DNA of 64,000 nt from Takakia lepidozioides (GCA_030704615.1 CM060733.1:17484001-17548000); one strand, 5' to 3'. Shown: positions 11,671 to 26,085, numbered from the stretch's first letter. Made by a program: numbers and translations. Notes: generated from the sequence alone by a model not told the origin.

Positions 11671-14600
11671 ATGGCTTCCTCTGAAGCGGAGTTCTTCTCA
11701 GACGACAAACCAGTGCCGTTCTCCCAGGAAGTCCTTGACAATGGATTTGCAATTGTTCTGGAACATGTCTTGGCTACCCGTTTTCAGCTGCAGAATGGCT
11801 CCATCTTTTTGGAGAAAGAGGTTTACGATCTGAAAGGGAAGTTGGTGAAATATTCTTTCCAAAACCGTGATGAGACGGCTCATATCAGCCAGTGGAGAGT
11901 GCGTCCTGGTCGATACAGAGTACTTGGAGAGCCTCGGCGAAAGTCCCTTGGGTCATATGTGACGCCCGGGACTGCTGCTTCGGTCGTTGAAGACAAGAGG
12001 GAGGTGGTGGTGAAAAAAGAACAGACTTCCTCCACTCCAATCGTTGAGCTTTCGGATTCTTCCGATGATGACATAAGTGAAATTCCAAATCCAGTCCTTC
12101 CTACTGTGGTTGCAGAAGCTGATGAAGAAGAGATTTGTAGTGTCATTCCAAAATTGCGGGCGATGGGAGGAATGGCTGGATTCAAAAGTGAGTTGCGGGG
12201 AATTGATTGGGAATCTTTGAAGCAGGTGCCTGTGAAGTTCTTGCCGGAGACTTTTGATGGCGATATCCTATTCGAGCTGCCTCCTCCTCCGCGAGTTGGA
12301 GGTGTAACAATCATGATGCATGGAATGGACAAGAAACACGACGGGCACCCGTGGTGCAGAACAAAAAACATCCAATATTCAGAATGATGACAAGCTTGTT
12401 TTCAGGAGGACAGTTTGCAATGGACACCTTAGGTGTGATAATTTGAATTGCAGACACTTTCTTCAGTCTGGGTTCATAATCAAAGCGAATGGGAGGGTCT
12501 GGCGGAAATCCATTTCAGCCTGGGACTCCCTCCACCGGCAAACACTTTCGTCTGCAAATTCTGCAAACTTGTGCCATCCTGCTTGGCGCTCTGCGGAGCA
12601 AGAATGTACTATGTTGTCCACCGTTTGAATACAATGACGAGAGCTTGTGTGCATTTTGGATTCCATAACCATCCTGTCTCGAAGGGGGATTACAGGGAGA
12701 GTGTTGAGACAGTATCGAGGTTGATCAAACAGGAGTTCGGGAGAAACCCATCCGCAACAACATCTGCAATTGCTCTTGGCGCAAGCAAGTCCTTCTTGGA
12801 AAGCCATATTTTGAGTGAAGGAGATTCTGTGGGGACTAAACTTGACGGTGCAGCATTGGACCTGGTCATGGATCATTTCTCCACTTTAAGTTCACCTAAC
12901 ATTCGGCATCAGATCAATGCATTGAGAATGGGCTCTGGATCAGAGGCTACATAGACAATATTTTGGAATTGAAACGACTGAGCAAGTACGATTACATCCA
13001 GGACAATGTATTCCCAGGTCAAGGTGCCATCAAAGTTTTTCTTTTCAAAATGTCGACTGTTGGGGAGGGCAGTGGGGTTAGCCTCGTGAAGCGGATGCAG
13101 AAGACTGGGGACTTGCAGAACTGTTTTCTTATGTTTGATCATGTGAAACGAGTGAAGGATTGGACGACAATGGCTTGTCATGTCTACGATCCAGTGTACC
13201 AACGAGTTATGACAATTGCAGTTTGTGACATGCAATCCGAGGATACGGAATCCCAGAAGCTCATGTGGAATTCCCTGATACGTGTTGGGCTGCCATGGGC
13301 TGCCATCTCCAAATTTCGCAGGTTTCATGGCGGATAGTGCTCAAGCAAATTTCAATGCTATTCGTATTGTCTTCGGATCGGGCGACCCAAAAGTGCCTAT
13401 GCCAGGAAGAGAGCGTACATGTCTATTCCATTGGACACAATCTCTGGAAAACATACAAAGTCGGACATCAAACCAGAGATGCAGACTCAGCACCGTAAAT
13501 TGTGCAAAGAGTACAAAGATGCTAGAACAATGAAGGAGGCGGACACTTTGTTCCAGACAATTCGTGCCTGGTGGTTCTCTTCTGGAGCTGCATCACTTGA
13601 GAGTATGAGAGCATTGGAAGATTGGCTGGCGTTTTGGCACTTCCGGTATAGACAGTGGGGAGCAGCCATGACAATGGTACGAGGCTTCTATTTCATGCTT
13701 TATTCATACATTTGCTTTCCATATTTTTGACTCATTGCTTTCTTTATGTTGTTTCCTGTGCACTGTTCTGAAGTGTGGTTATCCTCTTTGCAGAACATGT
13801 CCATTGAGGAAATGGCGGACATGCCATCTTGCAATTTGGCAGAAACTGTGCACAATGCATGGTTGCAGCAGTCTGGGAAACGAGGTCGGGATTTGTATGT
13901 GGCAACAACAGATGATTTGATACGTGCCTTGCAACAACAAACCCGATACCGTGATTTCTTACGAGGTGGGGTGGTGCAAGGGTCCGGACAAATGGAGTTG
14001 ATGTTGCGTGCTGCAAACAGATCTGGGATCCAATCAAGATCTATGCCCAATTAGCACGGGCGGTGAGATGTATGCCCAGGGAACGCCACTTGTTTCTAGA
14101 GTTCCACATCTTGAAGGGGAGGAGAGATTCGGCTCCTGTAAGAGGAAATTGAACACTCCACCTGGTTCGGATTCAGATTCCCACAGGGCAGACCGTGATA
14201 ACTTCTCGAAGCCTCGTGTTCCCCTGCATGACAGCTCCATGTCCGGAACCTCCATTGTGGAGGAACCTCCAACACGACGGCAAGCTCCAGCATCAAACCG
14301 TGCCACTGAAATGGTGCAGGAGAGAAACAACCCCCTTGATGTGCTTGAGTCCGCATGCCCCGACCACGTTTGGCACATAGAACGCACAAGTGTCGGGTCT
14401 CGTGTGAAATGTACAGCGATCAGGGCAACTAATTTTGAGAAGTGCACTTCATCTATATCCAGAGGTGGTGCCCGAACTCCTGCTCCGACTTTCACGGGCT
14501 TGATGCGTCCATACGGTCAACGAGAAGCCAAGAACCACAAGTTCTGGTTCTGCGCAGATGATTGTGCCAGATGTGTGCATGGAACTGTGCGTCCTTCCGT

Positions 14601-15186
14601 AGTGATGAAGCCATCTCCTCCAACCGTTTGGCCCGTGAAGGTGGGAACACATCTCAGCTTTCAGGAGATTGAAATGCTGGAGGAGGCAGGTTTTTCCCTT
14701 GCGAGACAACCCCAACTCCATGCATGTGCTACTACTTCTGCGTCCTCCCGGGTCCCCCCGGCAAATCCTGACTTGTGGCCAACCAAACGAGATGGAAAGC
14801 TCGTTCGGCGTTTCCCTCCAACCGCTGAACACTTTGGCAAAGTGGAGTCCGCAAGAATGCTCCAAGCTCGTGTCGGAAGCACCACGGAAGTACCCGATCC
14901 AGGATATGGTCGGGTATTCACAATCATCACTTCCACATCTGCTGTTCATGACAGGACCTACGACATCACGGTTTCCAATTTCCCCAATTGCACATGTCCT
15001 GATTTTGTGAATATGCTATCAACCAGTTTGGGCAAGAGAGGTAAATTCATACCCTGCAAACATTTGTATTTCATATTTTTGAGGAGGATGGTTTGCGATC
15101 CCAAACGTGACAACTTCATTCACCAGGCCACTATGAGTTTCAACGAGGTCGATACTCTTTTGCAGCGGGATACAACACATGGGTAG
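11671..15186 (+). pseudogene. Family-B MULE transposase with frameshifts and a stop
   Basis: KHDGHPWC, FLMFDHVKRV, FMADSAQAN, TCLFHW, NLAETVH and SWIM CTCPDF...CKHLY are spread over several frames. Intron at ~13676-13793. Confidence 0.88.
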
Positions 15187-15804
15187 CATGAACTATGTAA
15201 TGTGGTATGTGGATGACCATGATTTGAAATGTGTAATTCACATCAATTCGTCGGCTGTGCAATGATATGGCCTCCAACTATACGGAGTGAGCTCTGAGTG
15301 ACAACTTTTAGGTAGTGCACATTTGTCATTGCACCGTTCGAAGTCTACATGTCTTGCTGTCGCTATGCACTACAATCATCTTTTGAAGATGATCATAACT
15401 CTCATTGTTATTTGAGGAGGGAGGAAGTCTTCTCGTGGCAGCCTTTATGGCGCACACTTTGTGAGGATATTTTGTCGTCTTCGTAATTGTAAAAGTGAAA
15501 CAAGCATTTGTAATTGCACAATGTTGGATGCTGCAATTGTAGGCCTCAACGCTCGTCTTGATTCTATTTAGGCAAGATTCCCTGCATTAATTCCACGGTC
15601 ATAGGACCATCCACGGTTATAGGCGGCGCATGTTAATGCTGACGTGGCAGTTGACGGACAGTGCCATGTCATCATTTACCGCCACATCAGCATGCTGACA
15701 TGACGCTCACGCCACGTCAGCATGTGTGCAGGCTCACGCCACGTCAGCTGGCGTGAGCGTACGCTCGCGCGCTCACGTGCAACGCTCACGCCATTGCGTC
15801 GTTG

Positions 15805-17014
15805 GTTTGTGCGTACACTCAGCCTTGCAGAGTCGTCCGACGAGGAGAAGCTGGGAGACTTGCCCGAATCGGACCTGTTGCAGAGGAGGAGACAAATCGC
15901 ATCGGCCATTCTTTGCCAGAAAATCGTTTCTTGCGAGTCCCCATAAGCCATTTTTTCTACCAGCCTATGCAGACACGGCTGCCAGAGAAGCCATCAGGAG
16001 GGAGGATAGGCCTACTCGGTTAGAGCAATTGACATACGAGAATGAGCAGAGAATTATAATGAGGCGTGAGGCCAAACATAGAATTGTGAAAGGCAGAGTA
16101 GGGAAGTTCGTAATAGAATCCGCGTCCGAGAGCGAGGGGAATGTTGAGGACACTTCCGCACCCAGGTGGACAGTTCCGGCTGGTGAGGATGGTATTTTTG
16201 AGGGGAGGGCTTCTCAGAGTAACAGCGGTAGCGGCAGTGCAGGTTCGGAGGCAGGTGGAAGGCAGCCATCCTTGCATGAGGCCGGGGATGCATCGGACAG
16301 TGATAGCGGATCCTCACCATAGCAAAGTCTCATTTGGATCCTTTTGTTGTACAGTTCTGAAACACTTAATGAAAATATTGACGATTTGAAAAATCATTGT
16401 GTTCAGACTGCTTGTCCGATTCCCTACATTTCTTCTGCCAACCAAAATGTATAATAAAAGCAGAAGAGACGCAAACTTCAGTGAAGAACCCTACAAGTAA
16501 TTTATGCACACCATCGAGCCGAGAACTTTAAGCCATGAAAACCTTGCCGTTTCTAATATTCCTATTGGGAAATTTGGCGCCGAAATAGCCCAGTGCGCGC
16601 CTTCGTGATATGGGCCTCAAAAATTCCACGGATGAATTACTGTACCAAAATATCACGATGGAAGCCTTCAGCACAAGGCACTTCAACACATTCCACTTGG
16701 GTATTTCGGCGCCCAAATAGCCCGTTCTGCGCCATTAAATACCGCACTATATCACATTTTAAGAGGTAATTTCGGTGCCGAAATACCCCGGTGGATGTCT
16801 TCAAAACACCATCTAAGCACACTGCTCTTGGGAATAACGGCGCCGAAATACCTCATTCCGCATCCTGGACCAGGAGAAACAGACCCTATTACCGAGGTAA
16901 GAGGACATAACACCGTCAATAAAGGCAGGAAAATTCCAATTCCGCGGATGCCCGCTCATGAGCTCATAGGCTCATAGGCTCATGGGCTCATGCGCTCATG
17001 AAATAGTAAACCTC
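15805..17014 (+). mobile_element. Terminal segment of a D-like element: last exon of a ParB-MTase gene homolog, palindromes and TIR
   Basis: RWTVPAGEDGIFEG (ORF ending 16322) matches family-A last-exon RWTVPQGEDGIFES. Ends in GCTCATGAAATAGTAAACCTC at 17014. Confidence 0.8.
16568..16852. repeat. D-type palindromes (ATTT-CG-GYGC-CG-AAAT core), at least 4 copies
   Basis: ggaaatttggcgccgaaatagc, ggtatttcggcgcccaaatagc, gtaatttcggtgccgaaatacc, ggaataacggcgccgaaatacc. Confidence 0.75.
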
Positions 17015-18562
17015 TCCTCCATCCAACCTATTTTGTGCTGGCTCGTATGGGTGTGCGGTGCCGCACACTCATTTGTTCTATCCGTGTGTAGTAACACCAA
17101 CGTGCACACCCTGGGCCCTTCAGGCTATTTTGTGTGCGGTGGTTGCAGTGTGCGGTGCCACATACTCTTTTAGGGGGTCTTTGTGATGTGGTAGAAAAGC
17201 TGGGAGACAATAGTTGCATTGCATAATGAGGCTGTCTCTGTGCCTGCACGTACATAAAGTATGTTCTCATGGCGGAGAACTGCTTGGACAAACATCTTGA
17301 TTTCGTGGACCTGTGGCTTGTTCTTGCTGGCAACCAGACCATGTTTACTACGGGGATCTTGCAGGACTGGGGCCCATACCATCTTTCTGCCTGTGGTTGG
17401 TATTTGGATTGCCCTGTTTCTGAGACCCCGACACAGGAGGTGTCTTTGAGGAGAGAAAATGAGTGTGTAGCAGCCACCGCCGCGGCTGCCGACCTCGAGA
17501 TTCATGATATAAATTTGAGGACACTTGCAGAGAAAGAGCCTCCCGCTCAGGATACCCCAGGTAAAGGTAGAAAGGCAAAGGGAAAGGATGTTGTTGTTGG
17601 TGTGGGGAAAGGAAGGGGTAGGGAGCGCAAGGGCAGGTAGGTGGGTAGGGAGGTGTTGCAGAAACTGGCCCTGCGGCGGATGTCCAACAGACCAAAGAGA
17701 CTCCACCGCATGGAAGGGGATCCGGGAGAAAGAACAAGGGGGTGGTTGATCTTAAGGACTCGTACCATGCAGTGGAGCATCCCACAAGGGTCATTCGCCC
17801 TACCAGGTTGGAGATGGCCAACGTTGGGTTTTTTGCCATGATGGAGTCGAAGAAATCTGATTACAAGGGCGATCCATCACGAGTCCATCACCAGTGTGGG
17901 AGAGGATTGTGGAGTTCTCGGCACGGTGCGTGTTGTCTTTTGCTTCTTGTGTGTTGTGGGCATGGGTCGTTTCAATCCTCTTGAGCATTCCATTGCATGC
18001 TTGTTTGCAGGCTAAAATGACCAAATCCTGGGTGAACGGGAAGGAGAAGCCATATGCAGCCAAACTCATCATCTTGGACATCCCTGATGGGTCCGGATGT
18101 CCCTCCAGCGGGTGCTTGTTTAGGTTGGAATGCTTCTCATAAGCGCTACTGGCGGTGGGTTTTCTCCTTTAGCAATTTCTTTCTCTCCGATGCAGGTGTT
18201 TTGGTGCTCATCCAGTCCATCGACCTTCGCTGTCGCCGTGCACTTGCCAGCTATTTGAAAGCCTCTGGTATGAGGGTCGTGAAGACCTGGAATTGTGTGA
18301 ACAACATCTACCTGACGAAGGGGGATCATCCGGGAGAGATGGTAAATCTGCCTTCTGATTCCTCTTCTTGGTGGTTCTCGGATGGAGTTGCATAAGTCGC
18401 TCAAATGAATATGTAGGGGACTGGTTTTCAAGCTTCTTAGTTCTTGTGGATGTCATGTTTGCAGACTCATCTGTTTGAAGCTGTTTGTCTCGTCCGAGTG
18501 CATCCACCTACGACTTCAGTCATCATTAGGGAGTTCGTCATCACTCATGGGGGCAAGTTCAT
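17015..18562 (+). pseudogene. Family-E ParB-MTase gene fragment (middle exons including MTase motif IV)
   Basis: WGPYHLSACGWYLD matches family-A WHPAHLVGCPWYLD. KLIILDIPDG at ~18062-18091. Non-coding palindrome GTGTGCGGTGCCGCACAC at ~17051. Confidence 0.75.
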
Positions 18563-21500
18563 TTGCGCTGTATGAAGCTGTCGGAATCGCACTCGGCTCC
18601 ATGCATCAGATACAAAATGGAAATGCGGCGCCGCATTTCCGTTCTGGAATGTCGAAAAGTGCGACTCGGACGGAAATGCGGTGCCGCATTTCTGTTCCCG
18701 TTGTTCGTAAATCTCAATCAGAACGGAAATGCGGTACCGCATTTCCGTTCCACCTTCACATACCGTGCTTGTGGAATGAAAATGCGGTACTGCATTTCCG
18801 TTCTGGAGAGTATGAATGTCTTTTAAGGACGGAAATGTGCTGCAGCATTTCAATCCCTCAGCTCCATGCATCAGATACAAAATGGAAATGCGGCGGCGCT
18901 TTTCCGTTCTGAAATGTCGGAAAAGTGCGACTCGGAGTGGATGGAAATGCGTTACCGCATTTCCGTTCTGGAGAGTATAAAGGTTTCCCCCGGACGGAAA
19001 CTCGGTGCCGCATTTCCGTCGCTCTGGTGCATGACCAAGATGCAATACGGAAATGCGGCGCCGTATTTTCGTCCACCAGCAATCGAAAGAATCACTCGGG
19101 ACGGGAAATCTGGAACCTGAATGGGTTGCATTGTTCCGAAACAACACAATTGCGGCCAGTCTTGATGAGCACAACTTGGTTGTCTGACAGTTTTAACCAG
19201 CAGTCCTGGCACTTGTCAGTGCGAACGTTCCTGTCTGCACCGAGAATACTGCTGGATCCACCCTCAGGAGAAACTGTCAGGAGATGTTATTTCGTCGCCG
19301 AATCGGCCATCATTGTCATACTCACTGGCTATGGAATCAAACCTCCCACCTTCATGCATGTAGCTTGAAACAATACTTTCCACTTCAATGTGCAACTTCC
19401 AATCGTCGATGGACTCCGCAGATCCACTTAGATGGTGCCTGTGAGCCTTGGTCTGTCGCTATACTGAACCTCGCACTTGCCAACTCCGTGCGGTGTTCGA
19501 TGGCTCCGAATTCCTACGCTATAGTTTGCTGTCCTCCGCAACTTGGGAGAGCCTGGATCCCAAACGAGGGAGGACTTTGCAGAGTGACTGAAACTTACCT
19601 TTGTTCCAAATTCAAGCTCAAACCGGGCACAGTTTATTTGGAAGAAGAAAGGAAGGATGTTCCTGGACAGGTTGACGAGACCATTGTCGTGCTAGGTAAC
19701 GACGGAGGTTGCGGAATCGAATGGCACGTTCCCCCGTCAGACACCATCCTGTACCGAGCTGTGGGAATGCCCATTCCCTTTCCGAATCAGTCGCTGCCCA
19801 CACCATCCACAAAGGAGTCCGGAAACCGAGAGGCGGCCACTGCCAACAGAGAGGTATGCAACGATAATCATTCCCGACCTGGACCGTCAAGACCCTCCAT
19901 AGCTTCTCGTGTGGATGTATTCGACATTTCCGACGAGGAAGATGATTGCATTGAGGTACCCATGTCCTCCACACGGTCGTTCAAATCCGGCATGGACGTC
20001 TCTGTAGGTGCTACGAATGTGCCCTCGAGCATAACTCCAACCCGGTCCATTGTGCAGCTCCTACGACAACATCACCTCGATGGTTCTCGCTCCGAGCTGG
20101 CTGCTCTCGACTATGCCAAATTCCCAGTCAGAAAGGTAACGTTTCTGCCTCCCGAAGTCGATGGCAATGTCATCTTCGAGTTTCCACCTGTTTCTTCGTC
20201 AAAGAAAGCCTCCGGGATGTTAACAGACATGGATCGAAAGCATGACGGACACCCCTGGTGTGTGACGAAGACCAGTAGCACGAAAATTGCTGATGGTGTT
20301 CGTGTACGATATGTCCTCTGTGCGGGGAAGCTGAGGTGCCTCAATCCCACCTGCTTCCACTTTCTCTCCAAAGGAGGGCGGAGAAACGAGACGGATTGGA
20401 CTGGCACAACGCATCATCCATTCATTGTCTCCAGCCAAGCTCCTGCGGGTTCTTTCAAGTGTGCACATTGCAAAGAACCACCAACGTGCATGTCCATGTG
20501 CAGAGCCAAGCAATACTACGTTATCCATTTGCTCCCGGACTTGACTAGAGCTTGCATACACGTTGGGGTCCACTGCCACCCCTTGGCGAGAGGCAACATG
20601 CGTGAGGCTGTGCAGGAAGCACACGACATCATAAAAGAGGAGGTGAAATTGAGCCCCGGAGCCAGACCAAAGCAGATTCAGCTGAAGGCAGCTCACAAGA
20701 TTGCTCTTGGCAAAATCATGTCTGAAGATGGTTCCGACCGAGAGCCCTTGACCGAAGACGAGATGCGGGACCTCTTGGAGTCCGTCTCGCACGTTTGTAG
20801 TCCGAATGTGCGGAATCACATCGTATCTTGCAAGCAGGAGTTCGGCAGGGGGTCGGACATGTACTCAATCCTGGAGGTGAAACGAATGACTGGATATGAC
20901 TACATCCAAGGTAGCAGGTTTCCAGGGCAAGGCAGCGAATCCGATCGTTGTTACATTTTCAAAATGTCGACGTGTGGGCCTGGGAGTGGAGTCGACTTGG
21001 TCACTCGCATGACAACTGGAAACTTGTCGAATGCTTGGGTGATGTTTGATCACATCAAGCGAATTACAAACCATCAGTGGGTGACTATGGGTGCGCATGT
21101 TTATGACTATCACTCCAAGAGGCTCATGACGATTGTAATCTGCGAGATGAAAGGGGAGGACACACAGTCCGAGATGCATCTGTGGGAGGGCATAAACGAG
21201 CAGATGGCAAGGGCGGGGTTGCCAGAGCCCAATTTCAGGGGATTCATGGCAGACAACGCTCAGGCCAACTGGGCAGCGGTGCGGCGTGTGTACGGTGAGG
21301 ACCCCAATGTTCCAATGGAGGGGAAAGAGAGATCCTGTGGATTCCATTGGATGCAGAGTCTATCCCACTACACTACCAAAATTGTTGCTAGCTCATTCCA
21401 GGCTGAACACCGTGTCCTTTGTACGGCGTGGAAGGATGCACCCACATTTGATGACGCGGAGGTTAAGTTTGCTATCATCGAGGCTTGGTGGAACACGTCA

Positions 21501-23957
21501 GGTGCAGTGGAGACAACCAATCTGGGAGCATTGCACAGCTGGTTGGGGTGGTGGCATTTTCGGTATCGACAGTTCGGACAGTACATGCGGGAGGTAGGCT
21601 GCTGTCAATTTCGTTCATTTGTCTTTCTGTTACGGACATTTCGATTGGTCCCTCACCATTGATTGTGTCCTTCTAGGAGCGGTGCTTGGATTCCGACACG
21701 GACATGCCGAACCCGAATATGGCAGAATCGGTCCACTCCTCCTGGCGAGCGTCTTCTGCCGCACATCTGGTGGACGTAGTGACGGCCACAACGGAGGACA
21801 TCGACAGAGCAATCATGCAGCAAGCCACGTACTACAAGTTCCTAAGCGGCAAACAATGGGGCTTTGGGCCGGACAGGGAGGAATTGTTGGTACGAACAGC
21901 TTCGAGGTCCAAGAATCCAGTGAAATGGGCGACAGCATTGCGAGAGAAGATCAAAGGGACGCCTCTGCACCGCAGAGGTGAACACCTAGAGGGGGACGTC
22001 CGGACTCGCCCTGTCAGGCGGAGGATTGAAGAGGAACCCGGGTGCGAAGAGGATTCCTGGAGATCCGACAGGAACATTCGGACAGCACCTCGAGGTCCCG
22101 TCATGTTGCCGCACAATGTGTCTTCCAGCAGTGGAAGCCCAAGAAATTCCAGATCGCCGTCGCCTTCAACCGGGGATTTCGTGCAACAAATTCCCACCAC
22201 TCCCTTGCCCCACATTCCGCCCGCTGTTATGCAGTATGGCCAAGCCATTGTGGAGACGACTGTGTCTGCATCACAGTGGAGAATTGCTCGCACAAAGCCG
22301 TCGTTTCGAGGAAGGTGTTCCGCAATTCGTGTGGATACACGGCAACGTTGTTTAGAGATGATAAGGAGGAATCCAGATGGGGCTGTCCCTGCTCCTACTT
22401 TTACAGGAAGATTTGTCCATGCAAAGTTTGCGGAGGCGACAACCACCCAGTTCTGGTTCTGCAGGCACGACATTATGACTTGCGTGTATGGAAAGCCCAA
22501 GTACGGCATACAAACAATGCCAGAGGCTCCCCCGGTGTGGCCGGTGGAACCAGGCTGCGATCTGAGTTAGGTTGAGGCCGACGCCCTTACCGCCGCAGGA
22601 TTTCGGATGGTGCAGCGCACTGACGTCCCCAGAGAACCATTTCCGCTTCCACAGCCTCCACCACCGACCCCTGTGAGAGCAAGAACAATGGGACACGACA
22701 GCTCTAAGCATCCTACACACCGTTGGGGGAAACCGAAGAGGCGGCGACCTCCCTCAAAAGTGAACGAGACAAGGATGGGGAATGCACTTCGGATGAACTG
22801 TACAATCCAGAGCTCGACAGAAGTGCCCCCACCAGGATTCGGGCGTGTGTATCAAATGGCCACGGCGGGCTCAGCTGTTCGCAATGAGGTGTACACCATC
22901 ACCATTTCAGAATTACCCACCTGCAATTGCACCGACTTCCAGATCATGGCGAACAAGGGGGCATCATACTGCCCTTGCAAGCATTTGTACTACGTGTACC
23001 TAAAGAGACTCCGTTGTAATTCCACAACTCATCACTTCATACATGCACCAGGGTTGAGCCCCCAGGAGGTTCACACTCTTCTGAATATGGATCCAGGGGA
23101 CCAGTGAGCTTGGCTTGCGGTCCACATACAATGGTACGCCCATCCTTTTCGGATAGTAGAACTGTACTGCTGCCAGTACCTCAGACTCTGGCCACACAAA
23201 GGTCCGACATATGTCTTGCCTACCAGTAACCTGTTTTGCTCGAACTAAGATATTACTATATCGTTCACTTGTTTCCACGTGCATGTATTTTTGTATGTTG
23301 GAGGGTTCATGTTTTTCTGCTTTCCGAAAACTTGCTTTCCTCATTCGACCTCCGACAAGGAAATGCGGCGCCGCATTTCCAAGTATCGTCGTAGGTACCC
23401 CAGAGGCGGCCTTCGCCAACACCAAACCGCTCCGAAATTTCGCACGTGCGAACCCTAATGCGGCACCCTATTTCCCAGTTCAGTTGCAAACCTTTCCCGC
23501 CGAATACCCGAAGAAGACAGAATTGTGAAGTACTGCAGACTGTATTGGTGCAGACTCCATTGGTTCAATCGCGGCAAAAGGGTCAGCTTCATTCCAATGT
23601 TAAGGCATGTAAAACCGCGGAATACTCTATACAGGCCAGTATGCGACGTCCTTTTGCAGTGGTATACTGGATTTCCCGTTGCACGGTCACTTATTTCCAT
23701 GAGCGGATCTAAAAAACCATGAGCGGACTTGTTACTGACGACATATCTTCGCCGCATTACATGATCTGGAACGTCCAAAAACGGCAAGGTCAAATAAAAA
23801 ACTATTATTTTAATACTTGTTTAATCTGCCGCATTTCCAAATTTGGAGGAGTCCGCTCATGAAATCCGCGTATCTTAGACTTCGGCTCACCGCTCATGCG
23901 GCTCATGCGGCTCATGGCTCATGGCTCATGGTTTCTGCTCATGAAATAGTAAACCTC
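18563..23957 (+). mobile_element. Family-A copy A2, right half (inside an inverted segment)
   Basis: Colinear with 2516-8004. Starts without a TIR inside the palindrome array and ends in the right TIR, followed by TSD GCCTATTT. Confidence 0.9.
19500..23107 (+). pseudogene. Family-A transposase with premature stop (CAG>TAG at 22568-22570); intron 21594-21676
   Basis: Near-identical to 3553-7159. Confidence 0.88.
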
Positions 23958-24394
23958 GCCTATTTCAGCGCCGTTATTGGTCTGTATACTGCATAGTGCT
24001 TCCTTGTTACTGCTCTTCATTCAATTTGTGGTGATTTCACAGCCCATCCTAGCGTTTTCGTCCACCTTTATGAGAAGACTCCAATTTGCTACCAATACAT
24101 TGTCAGTGTTCTGCAAATGTGATGCCTTTACAAGATTGCTAGTTCTGTGTCCCAGTGGGAAGGGTCCTACTGCACATTCCAGCATTTGCATACTGCACCT
24201 TGTGCAAACAGCAATCCATACGACAAATGACACATCCCAGCATACTGGCAGTGAATTGCAAAAAACCTTAACAGAAGATTATCCAAGCATGTATATTCCC
24301 CATATAGCACAAGGAAGCTACTTGATTTCTGAATCAAAATGTATGTGCCATGAGTGTCGGCAAGTCGAAACATGTCTACTCTAGCATGCAAGAC

Positions 24395-24932
24395 CTATGG
24401 TCCCCTCGCCCAAGAAGAAGGAACTTGAACTGGCCTCTCAAGGACCTCCTGAGTGACCGGGTGCCGATATTTGAACAAAATGTCAGCGGTTTCTGTCGCC
24501 CGGTTGAAACTAACGAGGTTGTCGTGTTTATTGATAGAAGGACAATTTCACAGTGGACCATATGTTCCCCTCCTCCTCATCCTCATAACTGAAGAGAATG
24601 TCCCCACTTTCCGAGCCAGTCCGTCCACGCGTGAAGTTTTCACCTATGCACTCATCATACGTCCACTTGCAACAATTCCAGCGATACAGCAATGTTGTGC
24701 GTGATCTGTTCGGCTCCCACTCAAGCGAAAAGTCCAGGTCCATGATGCGTAGGAACCACCTGCTCCCCAGCCGGGGTCCAGGAGAATCGTGCAATCCTGG
24801 AAGAAACTCCATTGCTCTCAGCTGGACAAGTCGAGGATCGTCCCTGTAAACATCTAAGAAGACAATGATGTCGTCTGCTTTCGGGACAATGACTCCCGTC
24901 TGGCGTCGATAGATGTGATTCGGGCACGACAT
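24395..24932 (-). pseudogene. ORF-X homolog (RWNCCxWT family), frameshift near 24535
   Basis: DIIVFL...LRAMEFL...WFLRIMD...RWNCCKWTYDECIGE...EVLERPVQVP aligns with 34018-34596 and 35146-35709. Confidence 0.75.
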
Positions 24933-25149
24933 GGCCTCACGACACAGCAAGAACTCAGAGCAGGGAGGAGATGGGCACAACAGAGAAGAGTCAAGAGCAG
25001 AATGAGAGCGAGGCCGGCGGAAGAGGAATATATCATTGTTGCACTGCCAATGTCGTATGCGGCAGAACTTCTATTTCCTCCGACATGTGTGCTTTTATTA
25101 GACAAATCCGCACCAGTTTCAGGAGAGTTTGCAAAACTCCTCACCGTAA

Positions 25150-25585
25150 GGCGGGTATTTGCTCTCCGGAGCCCAATTTCGACGCCGTTATTGGTTGCAC
25201 TCCCCAACCTTCAGCCGGGTATTTGGTTTTCGGACCCCAATTTCGGCGTCGTTATCGGCTGCACTCCGGTGGCTTCAGCCGAGTATTTGGTTTCCGGGGC
25301 CCAATTTTGGCGCCGTTATTGGCTGCACTCCGGAGGCTTCAGCCGGGTATTTGGTTGGCGGAGCCCAATTTCGGCACCGTTATTGGCTTCACTCTCGAGC
25401 CTTCAGCCGGCTATTTCTTTTCCTGTGCCCAATTACGGCGCCGTTATACCCAACCATCCTGCACTTCTGCAACAGTATTATCCACGGTTATAGGTCGCCA
25501 TTGCGTTTTCGGAGTCTGCAAACCCGGATCCTAATTCCGCTTGCGTCTCTTCCTCTGGGATAATTTCGGTGCCGTTATTGCCCAG
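25150..25585. repeat. 64-bp tandem array carrying the family-D quasi-palindrome CCAATTT-CG-GCGC-CG-TTATTGG
   Basis: Starts at 25173, 25237, 25301, 25365 and 25429, plus a further copy at ~25560. Confidence 0.9.
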
Positions 25586-25837
25586 AATTCAGTTTTTCTA
25601 TGACCTGGCCTGGCGGTCCATGAGCTTGGGCTCCAAGTCATGAGCGGACATTGGTACTTATGAGCGGAGTGCTTCCAGCATGAGCGCGGAAATCTTCGAA
25701 AACCTTCTCTTCTTATACTACTTTCGATTATTTTATAGTTTTGGGCCCGAAAAAAATCTGCCGAAATTCTAAGTGTGTTACTTTGCGGCTCATGGGTGAG
25801 CCATGCCCGCTCATGAGCTCATGGAATAGTAACCCCC

Positions 25838-26085
25838 CATTTGGAACGGTGGGAAGTGCTGAAAGTGCAAGCTCAAACAAACCCGATCAAATGTGAATGT
25901 TGAAGAGACAAACCTGTGCCCATTGACAAATCCAGAATTCTGGCGTCGGTGTAGGTGCAGCACTCCACAATCGTTTGAATGAAAGCCGGGCTCCTCTCCC
26001 TGGCCCCTCTCCAAGGAACCCCATTCCCCCTTCGCAAGCACACGTTGCTATCCACGTAGTTGTGGTGCATGTCATCCGTGGGAGG
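25838..26085 (-). pseudogene. Continuation of the family-E MTase gene (motif I), inverted
   Basis: PPTDDMHHNY...RSPAFIQTIVECCTYTDARILDLSMGTG joins in frame to ...GGKFI at 18562. Confidence 0.8.

Larger units (their letters stand above)
8005..15804 (+). mobile_element. Family-B MULE (diverged relative with divergent ParB-like gene and transposase), interrupted by A1
   Basis: ParB-like exons (-) and transposase (+) are head-to-head as in family A. Probable terminus GCTCAC + 15 nt ending ~15804, resembling the terminus at 51903. Confidence 0.7.
23958..25837. mobile_element. Terminal segment of the family-D element (target of A2)
   Basis: Contains an ORF-X homolog, a 64-bp palindrome array and terminus GCTCATGGAATAGTAACCCCC at 25837. 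Confidence 0.8.
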
